64,000 nucleotides of DNA from Dehalococcoidia bacterium (GTDB lineage: Bacteria; Chloroflexota; Dehalococcoidia; Bin125), in contig OZ241982.1 in the NCBI GenBank assembly GCA_965204335.1, positions 2,815,956-2,879,955 of the forward strand, written 5' to 3'. The notes under the pieces were generated by a model. It was not told where the DNA came from and did no database searches. It worked only from the letters and a program-made list of their open reading frames with translations. A program made the position numbers and the translations under genes. Each line of letters begins with the position of its first letter. Position 1 is the first letter of the stretch. This document shows positions 47,109 to 55,463 of the stretch, one piece after another.

Positions 47109-50100
47109 TGTCGCAGCAGCCCACCACTCCAGGCCCGACTCGACGCGGTGAGACGGCAGGCGAGCTGGCCAGACTCGCGCTGCGCCGCATTGCGTCAGCG
47201 CCGAAACTCTCGGCGGTGCTCCTGATCGGCGCGCTGTTGGCGGTCGGCCTCGCGAGCAGCGCCCCGATCTTCATCGAAGCGGTGCGCGACCTTGGACTTC
47301 GGCAGACGCTGGCCGACGCCGATCCTGCATCGCTGGATCTGCGCTTCAACCAGGCCAATCTGACGGCAGACGAGAATTCGGTCGGCGACGTGGAGTCGCT
47401 GATCAATCAGGAGGTTGGGAACGCCGCGTCGGAGTTGATCGTTGGCACGATGACCGCACTGCGAACCGGCGGTTACGTCCTGCGAACCGAGGATCAGCCG
47501 TTCGATCCGCCGGACGCCGATCACGCCACCTTCGTTGCGCAGAGCGACATTGCCGATCTCTCAGAAATCGTCGCCGGCCGGGCCCCGGAGGAATCGAACC
47601 GCGCGTCGGGGGTGCTGGAGGTGATGCTCGAACGCGAACAGGCGCGGGACTTCGGCCTTGAACCTGGAGACGAACGGCTGGCGCAGCCGTTCTGGCTGGG
47701 GACCGAGCATGAGACCCGGATCCGGGTCGTGGGCATCATCGAGCCGTCGACCGACGGGAGACGCTGGTCGACGCTCGATCCGCTCTTCCTGCCGATCGCG
47801 GCGCTGGACACCGAGTTGCGCTTCTGGACGACGCGGGAGGGGATTCTCGGTTTACTCGCGGACCAATCGCCCACCCTGCGGCTGTCCTTACTCCAGCGAT
47901 TCCGCACCGACCTGCACGGCGCGTCGGCGGCCGAAGCGTCGGCGGCGGCGGACGCGCTGGAGCAAATGACCCGCCGGATCTCGCAGTCCGTCGACGGAAT
48001 CCAGCAGGAGACGGAACTGGTCGACACGCTGGTCGGCTTCAGCCGCCGCTTCCAGTTCGCGCAGTCGACGTTGCTGATGATCGTGTTGCAGCTGGTCGGG
48101 GCGGTGTTGGTCTATGCGGTCGTGGCGGCGGCGATGCTTGCCGAACAGCGCACCGAAGACACGGCCTGGCTCCGCTCGCGAGGCGCCCGGCAGCGCGACG
48201 TGGCGGTGCTGCACATCGTTGAGGCCGCCATCCTGACGGCGCCGGCGATTGTCCTGGGACCGTTGATCGGGATGGGTCTGGTCAGCCTGTTGGGCTTCGT
48301 GCCGCCGTTCGACGACGCGTTGGCCGAAACCGGAGCCGGAGCGTTCCTGCCGGTGTCGTTGCCCATCGAGGCGTGGTACCTGGCGCTCGGCGCGGGAGCG
48401 CTGGCGCTGCTGGCGCAGGCCGTGCCGACCTATCGGGCAACCCGCCAGACGATGGTCACGACCCGCCGCGAGCGCGGCCGGCCGCCCGCATCCTGGACGC
48501 AGCGCGCCTTAATCGATGCAGCCGTGGCGGCGCTGGGGGCGCTATTGATCTTCGAGTTGCAATGGGCGGGTGATCCGATCGATTCGCCGCTGGTCGGCGA
48601 GACGCGACTGGACTGGTTGGCGGTCGCGACGCCGACGGTGCTGCTGTTCGTCGTCGGGCTGATCGTGCTGCGGCTGTTCCCTCCGGCGATGCGCCTGCTC
48701 GCCCGGCTGGCGTCGCCGTGGCGTTCTCTCACCCTGCTCATGGGCGCCTGGTACCTGGGGCGGACGCCGACGCACTACGCCCGCACGGTGCTGCTGTTGA
48801 CGATCGCAGGAGCGCTGGCCGTGTTTGCCGCTTCGTTCCGGACGACGCTCGACACGTCGTACGACGATCGGTCGCTGCATGCCGTCGGAGCATCGGTGCG
48901 CCTGGAAGAGCCGCATTCGGAGGCGGTCCCGTTTGAAGCGATCGAGGACATGACGGGACAATCGGTGGCTCGCGTCAAGCGGATCGCGGGGTCGTTCGAC
49001 GGGGATGAGGAGTCGGGGAGACTGGAGATCACCGCGCTCGATGCGGAGGTGGTGGCGGGGCAACTGAGGGATCGGGAGGCGGAGTGGGCGCTGCCGCCTG
49101 AAGAACTCGCTGCAATCGCCAGGTCTCCGAGTGGTTCCGCGAACGACGGCGTGGGTGCGACCATCGATGGCTTCGGCGGTCTGCTGCGCCTGCGGGTCGA
49201 CATCTTGGCGATCGAGCAGGAGACCGCGATCGGGATCAAGCTGCTCGACGCGAACGAGCGCTACTGGTGGTACACGATCGACGTCCTGTCTCCGAAGCCG
49301 CAGGACGGCGAGGCGTCGGCGCTGACGCTGTCCGCCCGCTTGACCGATGAGCCGGACGCCTATCTGCCGCTGGAAGGCGCGCGAATCGTGCAATCGGCGA
49401 GTCGCTTCCGACCCGGCGTGATCGAACGGCCGGTCGCTCCGCTGACCCTGATATCGCTCGACGTCGCCTTAACCCGGGCGCGGGGTGAGATCGTGCTGCA
49501 CGACCTCACGTACGAGGAGGTTGGCGAGGTCCGCCGGCTTGCGGACTTCTCCTCCGGCGAGTGGGAGGCAACGCCGCTGGAGGTCGGCGAACCACCGCTG
49601 GACTTCTTTGCGATCGAGGAGTCGGGCGCCCGCTATCGATGGAACGCCATTCCGTCGTCCCTGCGCGGGGTCAGATACGTGGGCGACCGCGAGCCGCTGC
49701 CGGCCTTGCTGTCGGTCGAGGCGATGAGCCAGGGCCGCTTGCAGGTCGGCGAGACGGTACGCATCCGCGTCGGCCCCACGCCGATGCGTTTCTACGTCGC
49801 GGGTCAGTTCGAGACGTTCCCGGCCTACGACCCGCAGCGCGATGAGCCGCTGGTGCTGATCGACCGGGCGGCGCTGACGGAACGCTTCTTCAGCAGCGCG
49901 GCGGCCGGCGTGGCGTTGGCGGTCAGCGATGAACTCTGGGTGTCCGCCCCATTGAGCCGGTGGTCGCAACTGCTGACCGATCAGGAGTTTCCGCTCGAGG
50001 GTCCGGGCATCACCACGATTGAGAGCGCCCGGGAGGAACTGGCGGCCGACCCCTTGATCGTCGCCTCGTGGAACGGGGTGTTCATCGGCGCGCTGGCCGC

Positions 50101-50488
50101 GGTGGCGATCGCCTCGGCGTTTGGGCTGGTGGTGCTGACGGCGGTGACGGCGCAGGCGCGCCGCGTCGAGTTCGCCGTCTGCCAGAGCGTCGGCATGAGC
50201 ATGCGTCAGATCCTGGGCCTGATCGCGCTGGAGCAACTGATCATCATCGCGATCGGGCTGGGCGCGGGCCTGATCGTCGGCACCCAGGCCGGCGCGGTGC
50301 TGCTGGACTTCTTCGCTTTGACTCCCGACGGACGCGACGTCGTGCCGCCGCTGCAGTTCATCATCGAGTGGCCGGGAGTAGGCGTACTCTTCGGAGCGCT
50401 GGCGGCGTTGTTCGCCCTGAATCTCGGCGCGTTCCTGTGGTTCCTGCGCCGGATCGAGCTGCACGGCGCACTTCGGCTGGCGGCCTAG
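47108..50488 (+). CDS. FtsX/MacB-like ABC transporter permease (paralog)
   Basis: LRSRGA; RRVEFAVCQSVG; TGATG overlap with the upstream paralog. Confidence 0.85.
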   Translation: MSQQPTTPGPTRRGETAGELARLALRRIASAPKLSAVLLIGALLAVGLASSAPIFIEAVRDLGLRQTLADADPASLDLRFNQANLTADENSVGDVESLINQEVGNAASELIVGTMTALRTGGYVLRTEDQPFDPPDADHATFVAQSDIADLSEIVAGRAPEESNRASGVLEVMLEREQARDFGLEPGDERLAQPFWLGTEHETRIRVVGIIEPSTDGRRWSTLDPLFLPIAALDTELRFWTTREGILGLLADQSPTLRLSLLQRFRTDLHGASAAEASAAADALEQMTRRISQSVDGIQQETELVDTLVGFSRRFQFAQSTLLMIVLQLVGAVLVYAVVAAAMLAEQRTEDTAWLRSRGARQRDVAVLHIVEAAILTAPAIVLGPLIGMGLVSLLGFVPPFDDALAETGAGAFLPVSLPIEAWYLALGAGALALLAQAVPTYRATRQTMVTTRRERGRPPASWTQRALIDAAVAALGALLIFELQWAGDPIDSPLVGETRLDWLAVATPTVLLFVVGLIVLRLFPPAMRLLARLASPWRSLTLLMGAWYLGRTPTHYARTVLLLTIAGALAVFAASFRTTLDTSYDDRSLHAVGASVRLEEPHSEAVPFEAIEDMTGQSVARVKRIAGSFDGDEESGRLEITALDAEVVAGQLRDREAEWALPPEELAAIARSPSGSANDGVGATIDGFGGLLRLRVDILAIEQETAIGIKLLDANERYWWYTIDVLSPKPQDGEASALTLSARLTDEPDAYLPLEGARIVQSASRFRPGVIERPVAPLTLISLDVALTRARGEIVLHDLTYEEVGEVRRLADFSSGEWEATPLEVGEPPLDFFAIEESGARYRWNAIPSSLRGVRYVGDREPLPALLSVEAMSQGRLQVGETVRIRVGPTPMRFYVAGQFETFPAYDPQRDEPLVLIDRAALTERFFSSAAAGVALAVSDELWVSAPLSRWSQLLTDQEFPLEGPGITTIESAREELAADPLIVASWNGVFIGALAAVAIASAFGLVVLTAVTAQARRVEFAVCQSVGMSMRQILGLIALEQLIIIAIGLGAGLIVGTQAGAVLLDFFALTPDGRDVVPPLQFIIEWPGVGVLFGALAALFALNLGAFLWFLRRIELHGALRLAA

Positions 50489-50491
50489 CCG

Positions 50492-51061
50492 CTAGCCAAG
50501 GCGGAAGGGCGGGTAGCGGTCGGTGATCAGCAGGAAGGCGTAGGCCTCGACCCGGAGGATCCAGCGCTCGACGTTGAGCATGAACGTGAAGAGTGGCCGA
50601 GGATAGGTCCCGCTAAGGATGATTGCGAGCCAGGAGATCAGTACGACGATGTTCTGGATGGCGACCAGGACCCAGATCATGGTGTAGTGCGGAACAGCCA
50701 GGAGCCACTTGAACAGCGGCATCCATCGGCTGAGTCGGGCGGCGTCGGGATACTCAAGATCAAGCCGGACCGACTGCTCTTCATCGGTGGAGGGATACTG
50801 GTCGGTCATCAGGTTGAGGTAGGCGTAGACGCGATTGCGGAAGCGGGCAGCCTCGAGATTGAAGTCGAACCACCAGCGCGGATACTTGCGGCGGACCAGC
50901 AGCATCAGGGCGACGGGCGTACAGAGCATCGGCGGAAGGAACCAGAGCAGGATGACGACGGGGATCGCGAGAATCGGGCGCAGCAGCGTGGAGATGCGGT
51001 TGAGCGATTGGGGGTACTCGATATCCAGACGGGCCGGGTAGTCGTCGGCGGTGCGTTGCAT
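50492..51061 (-). CDS. DUF4389 membrane protein
   Basis: Duplicated R..LAIP / YPR..F.F / AY..L.TD.YPPF units. Confidence 0.88.
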   Translation of the reverse strand: MQRTADDYPARLDIEYPQSLNRISTLLRPILAIPVVILLWFLPPMLCTPVALMLLVRRKYPRWWFDFNLEAARFRNRVYAYLNLMTDQYPSTDEEQSVRLDLEYPDAARLSRWMPLFKWLLAVPHYTMIWVLVAIQNIVVLISWLAIILSGTYPRPLFTFMLNVERWILRVEAYAFLLITDRYPPFRLG

Positions 51062-51142
51062 GGCGAAGCTCCCTGAATGAATCGAATGGGCGGGACCGGT
51101 GAGGCGAGCCTATCGATGATGCCGCTTAGGAGCGATCAAGGT

Positions 51143-51634
51143 TCAGGGAGCGATGCCGAGCGTGCGCTGGATCTGGCGGACGTGGAAGAGCTGGTGATCG
51201 GCCGCCGTCAGCGCGATCGTGCGCAGCGACATGTCCAGCACGTCGCCGTCGAGTTCGATGTTGGCCGGTTCTCGAAGCTGATCTGCCGACAGGTCGGAGA
51301 GCAGGCGCTCGGTGTCCTCGCGCACGCTGGTCAGAGCCCAACGCAGTTCGGGCAGCAGCGCCTGGGACTCGGTGTCGGGCAGATTGACGCCGCCGACGGG
51401 CGGGATCGGGAGTTGCGGCGCAACCTCGCGGCGGAGCAGCATGAGCTGTGGATGCAACCAGCGCTCGGAGTGGACGACGTGCAGCAGGATTTCGCGGACG
51501 GACCATTCGGCCGGTCCGAGGCGTTCGTCGAGGCGGTCGTCGGCGCAGGCGTCCAGCAGAGCTCGCAGCTCCTCGAAGTTCTGCGCGAGCGCGGCCTCGA
51601 TATCGACGGGGACGTTTACAAAATCAGCGATGAT
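51143..51634 (-). CDS. DinB-family protein (probable ATC start at 51634 or 51631)
   Basis: Frame extends upstream of the tracked ORF to include EWSVREILLHVVHSE; C-terminal DHQLFH..QI; GAGGT RBS-like sequence. Confidence 0.75.
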   Translation of the reverse strand: MIADFVNVPVDIEAALAQNFEELRALLDACADDRLDERLGPAEWSVREILLHVVHSERWLHPQLMLLRREVAPQLPIPPVGGVNLPDTESQALLPELRWALTSVREDTERLLSDLSADQLREPANIELDGDVLDMSLRTIALTAADHQLFHVRQIQRTLGIAP

Positions 51635-51741
51635 GTTTACCTCAACCTGTTCCCGCCCCGTGAGGCATTGTCACACAGTGTCAGACAACCGCGGCGGCGG
51701 GACAACTCACTGAACAGCGAACGCAGGGAGCGGCCGACTTC

Positions 51742-52626
51742 ATGGCCCGAGTTCGTGAGATTCCTTCCCGCGCTGAGCAGCTCGCGCTCGAACCCACGGT
51801 TTCGACGGAGCATCGCGCCGAACTCGCGAAGGGCGCGGCCGAGTGGGACGCCAAGCAGTTCTTCGACGCGCACGAAACCTGGGAAGAGATCTGGCAGGTT
51901 GAGCGCCGCTCGATCCGCAGCTTCTACCAGGGCCTGATCCTGCTGGCCGCCGGTCTGCACCACTGGACCGGCACGCACCGTCCTCGCGGGGTGCGGATCA
52001 AACTGTCATCCGGTATTGAACGCCTGGCGCCGTTTGCGCCGTCGTATCTGGGGGTAGACGTGTCGACGACGATCGTGGATGCGGCGGCCCTGCTCCGCCA
52101 GGCGCCTGCCGATCCGGCCGTGTTGGCGGACACGCCGCTGGATACGTTCCCGCCGTTCCGTTGGGCTGTGACGGACGGCGGCACGCTCGGAGCCCTGCGC
52201 GTGCGGCGACTGCGCGCGGCGGCGCAGTTGCCCACGCGCGGCTCCGAGCTGTCCTCGGGACTGGACCTGTATGCGGATCTGTCGGAGTTGGGCGGTTCGC
52301 TCAACCTTACGCAGATGCCGCAACCGGTCCCGACCGGCATCGCCTGCGCGCCGCCGCCGGGCTTCGAGATCCAGATTCGTCCCCGCTCCGGTCTGACCCG
52401 GCGCGGGGTCGAGATCGGCTGGGGAACGGTCGACGCCGACTATCGCGGGGAACTGCTGGTCTCGATGTCGCTGCGCGGTCCGTCGGGGCGCGGATACCGG
52501 ATCGAGCACGGCGATCGGATCGCGCAACTCGTGGTCGCGCCGGTGGCGTTGACGCCGGTGGAAGAAGTCGATGAACTCGATGAGACGACTCGCGGGGCGG
52601 CCGGCTTCGGGTCGACGGGCCGCTGA
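51742..52626 (+). CDS. dut: DUF309-dUTPase fusion
   Basis: N-terminal FFDAHETWEEIW...QGLI.LAA..HH (DUF309); C-terminal dUTPase motifs GLDL, RSG, GTVDADYRGE, RIAQL, RGAAGFGSTG. Confidence 0.9.
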   Translation: MARVREIPSRAEQLALEPTVSTEHRAELAKGAAEWDAKQFFDAHETWEEIWQVERRSIRSFYQGLILLAAGLHHWTGTHRPRGVRIKLSSGIERLAPFAPSYLGVDVSTTIVDAAALLRQAPADPAVLADTPLDTFPPFRWAVTDGGTLGALRVRRLRAAAQLPTRGSELSSGLDLYADLSELGGSLNLTQMPQPVPTGIACAPPPGFEIQIRPRSGLTRRGVEIGWGTVDADYRGELLVSMSLRGPSGRGYRIEHGDRIAQLVVAPVALTPVEEVDELDETTRGAAGFGSTGR

Positions 52627-52629
52627 ACC

Positions 52630-53001
52630 GTGACGATCGCGGCGATCGCCTCGATTGCGCTCGGCGGCGCAGCCGGCTCCGCGCTGCGTTATGTGATCAA
52701 CCGCTGGATTGGTCAACCGGACGGACTGCCGCTGGGCATCCTGGTCGTCAACCTCAGCGGGACGCTGGTGCTGGGCCTCGTGGCGACGCTGTTCCTCGAG
52801 CGGCTCGGGGTTTCCGACAACATGCGCCTGGCGATCACGGTGGGGTTGCTGGGCGGGTTCACGACCTTCTCAACGGTCTGGCTCGACACGCTGCATCTGC
52901 TCAACGGAGGCCGCTGGGCCTGGGCGTTGACCAATCTGCTGGTGTCCGCCGTGGGCGGACTCGCCGCCGCCTGGCTGGGCCAACAGCTCGCCCGGCTGTA
53001 G
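52630..53001 (+). CDS. fluC: Fluoride channel FluC/CrcB
   Basis: GGAAGSALRY, PLG.L.VN..G, G.LGGFTTFST. Confidence 0.93.
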   Translation: MTIAAIASIALGGAAGSALRYVINRWIGQPDGLPLGILVVNLSGTLVLGLVATLFLERLGVSDNMRLAITVGLLGGFTTFSTVWLDTLHLLNGGRWAWALTNLLVSAVGGLAAAWLGQQLARL

Positions 53002-53110
53002 GACGGCTGAATCCTCTCTCCCGTTGCGGACTTGCGCACAACTCTGTTCTGGAAGCGGGAGCGGGAACGGATAGGCTGGAACTGATTGAGTTGGGATTGG
53101 GGTTGGTCAG

Positions 53111-53422
53111 GTGATTGCGCTGATTGACGAGCACCTGGAGGAAGTCTCGGAGTTGTGCCGGCGATACCAGGTGGCGCGCCTCGACCTGTTTGGCTCGGCG
53201 GCTACGGACGCGTTTGACCCGGCGTCCAGCGACCTCGACTTTATCGTCGCTTACCGAACCGACGCCGACCCGGATCCCTGGTTTCGCAAGCACCTGGAAC
53301 TGGAGGCGGCGCTGGCCGAACTCTTCGACCGGCCCGTCGATCTCGTGATCGAGCAGCGGTTCAGGAATCCCTATTTCGCGGAGGCGGTCGAGCAAACCCG
53401 GACCCGGCTCTATGCCGCCTAG
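53111..53422 (+). CDS. MNT nucleotidyltransferase antitoxin (MntA-like)
   Basis: LFGSA......SSDLDF, L..LF.RPVDLV, NPYF. Confidence 0.9.
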   Translation: MIALIDEHLEEVSELCRRYQVARLDLFGSAATDAFDPASSDLDFIVAYRTDADPDPWFRKHLELEAALAELFDRPVDLVIEQRFRNPYFAEAVEQTRTRLYAA

Positions 53423-53753
53423 GTCGAAGAGGTACCTCCAGGACATCCTCGACGCCGCCCAACTGATCCGGCGATTCACCGACGGCAAGACCCTGGCCGA
53501 GTACGAGTCGGATGTCCTGGTCCGTTCGGCGGTGGAGCGTCAGTTCACGATCCTCTGCGAGGCGATGACGCAACTCTCTTCCAGCGACGGATCGTTGGCC
53601 GAGCAGATCTCGGACCATGAGTCGATCATCGGGATGCGGATCGTGCTCGTCCACCGATACGGCGACCTCGACAATCGCCGAGTGTGGAGCACGATCACGC
53701 TCAGCCTCCCGGTTCTGATCCAGGAAGTCGGATCGCTCCTGGAGAGAGCGTGA
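53412..53753 (+). CDS. HepT-like (DUF86) HEPN RNase toxin
   Basis: YL.DI..A, AVER...I..EA, GMRIVLVHRY (Rx4HxY). Confidence 0.9.
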   Translation: MPPRSKRYLQDILDAAQLIRRFTDGKTLAEYESDVLVRSAVERQFTILCEAMTQLSSSDGSLAEQISDHESIIGMRIVLVHRYGDLDNRRVWSTITLSLPVLIQEVGSLLERA

Positions 53754-53767
53754 AACCCGGCGGAAGG

Positions 53768-53837
53768 CCCTCGCCTCCCGCCTGCGCGGGGGCAAGCTCC
53801 AACCTTCTCCCTCGGGGAGAAGGGACCGGAGGGGAGG
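53768..53837. repeat. Composite palindromic repeats (CCCGCCTGCGCGGG core plus family-A variant)
   Basis: Core is the reverse complement of the 63255-63268 core; followed by CCTTCTCCCTCGGGGAGAAGG hairpin. Confidence 0.65.
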
Positions 53838-53914
53838 TTGTGCGGGTGCGCGAGACGCAATAGAACCAGAATGTGTATAGAGTGGCTACAGGCGACGGGG
53901 CGGTTGTGTCACTG

Positions 53915-55321
53915 ATGTCCCAAATTCGTACGCATCGTCGACGGCGTGCCGTCGGGTTCGTCGGTCTGTTTGCCATCCTCCTGCTTTGCTCGTTCATCCT
54001 CTCGGCCTGTGGACTGTTCGGCGGAGACGATGAGCAGCCGGACATCGTCGAGCGGCCCGACACGGCCGCCCAGACCACGCAGACCAGCGAGCCCGCGGCG
54101 ACAGCCACCACGACCCAGTCGGACTCGCAGGACCAACAAGCCGATCAGCCGACCGAGGCCGTCCAGGTCACGACGTCGCCGTCGGAAGAGGACGAACAGG
54201 CTCAGGAAGAGGCCGTCGCCGAGGTCGAACAGCAGGAGACCGACCCCAGCATCTACATCGTGCAACCCGGCGACACGCTGGCGCAGATCGCGAATCGATT
54301 CAACGTTCGAATCGACGATCTGATCACGCTGAACGGGATTCAGGACCCGGACGTCCTGCGCGTGGGTCAGGAACTCAGGATTCCCGGCCAGGAACCGACA
54401 GCCGCCGACACGGACGACTCAGAGCAGCAGCAGGCGGCGCAGGAGCAGCAGGACCAACAGGAAGAGGAAGAGGACGAAGATCAGATCGAACCGCCGAGCG
54501 TCGAGCTGCCGACCGTTGCTGTCCCGGCGGCCACGCCGACACAGGTCTCGTACACGCAGTTCCCCCAGCCGGGACCCGAGCAAACCAGCGACACGATTCC
54601 AGATCCGCCGACCAACTTCTTGCAGTACGGCGCGGCAGCCTTGCCCTGGTTGCACGGCATCAACGAAATCGGACCGATCATCGAGCTGTTCAAGGCCTGG
54701 CCGATGCCGCCGCTGGCTGTCGGCCATGACCGCGTCTTCCTGGTCGACACGAACGCCAACGGCGAGTTCTCGGCCGCGATCGTCTACACGGATCCGAACT
54801 CCTTCGGAGCGGCCGTCCCGTTCTCGAACCTGGTTGTCTACGACCCGGTGCCCGGAAACCCGTTGAAGTACCGGATCGCGTACGACCACGCGCTCAGTTA
54901 CGCCCGCGAGGTCCAGGGATTACAGCAACTGATCGATGTTGACGTCACCGGCGACGCGATTCGCGATCTGACGTTCCGCGAAATCACCTGCGACGAGTCG
55001 GGCTGCGTCAGCAGCTTCTACGTGCTGTCGTCGACCGGCGACGGCTATCGGACCGTGACCGGCGCGGCGGCGCAGGTTGGCGCGGTCTCGGGAATTGACA
55101 TCGTCGATCGCACCGGCGACGGAGTGCCCGACATCGTGGTCCAGGGAGTGGCCATGGACGAGTCGGTGGCATCGCGCTACACCTTCGTGTTCACGGCCCA
55201 GGGCGACAGCCTCGTCGAGGCGCTGCGGGTCTCGCTCGACGGCGGCGCGGAGGAGGAGGCGGACACTGCCGAGACCGAAGATGACGACGAGCAGGAAGAG
55301 GACTCGCTCGAAGAGGAGTAG
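53915..55321 (+). CDS. LysM-domain lipoprotein with acidic linkers and DxxGDG-type repeats
   Basis: LSAC lipobox; YIVQPGDTL..IA.RF......L..LNGI..P..L.VGQ.L.IP; DVTGDAIRD, DRTGDGVPD. Confidence 0.88.
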   Translation: MSQIRTHRRRRAVGFVGLFAILLLCSFILSACGLFGGDDEQPDIVERPDTAAQTTQTSEPAATATTTQSDSQDQQADQPTEAVQVTTSPSEEDEQAQEEAVAEVEQQETDPSIYIVQPGDTLAQIANRFNVRIDDLITLNGIQDPDVLRVGQELRIPGQEPTAADTDDSEQQQAAQEQQDQQEEEEDEDQIEPPSVELPTVAVPAATPTQVSYTQFPQPGPEQTSDTIPDPPTNFLQYGAAALPWLHGINEIGPIIELFKAWPMPPLAVGHDRVFLVDTNANGEFSAAIVYTDPNSFGAAVPFSNLVVYDPVPGNPLKYRIAYDHALSYAREVQGLQQLIDVDVTGDAIRDLTFREITCDESGCVSSFYVLSSTGDGYRTVTGAAAQVGAVSGIDIVDRTGDGVPDIVVQGVAMDESVASRYTFVFTAQGDSLVEALRVSLDGGAEEEADTAETEDDDEQEEDSLEEE

Positions 55322-55463
55322 CCGCACGTGTCCCCGCCTGAGCCGCCCGTACTCCCTGATTGCCCCCTGCCAGTCGGAGTCATAGTCTCAGACGGGTAGC
55401 CCCCGCAGTCCGAGCATGGTTCGACACGTGTGCGCCGGCTGCGTCGAGCGGGTGTGGTAGCCG

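Noticed and set aside
52560-52630. Fluoride riboswitch before fluC
   Set aside because: fluC starts 3 nt after the dut stop, leaving no leader, and I saw no GGCGATGG-type core there.
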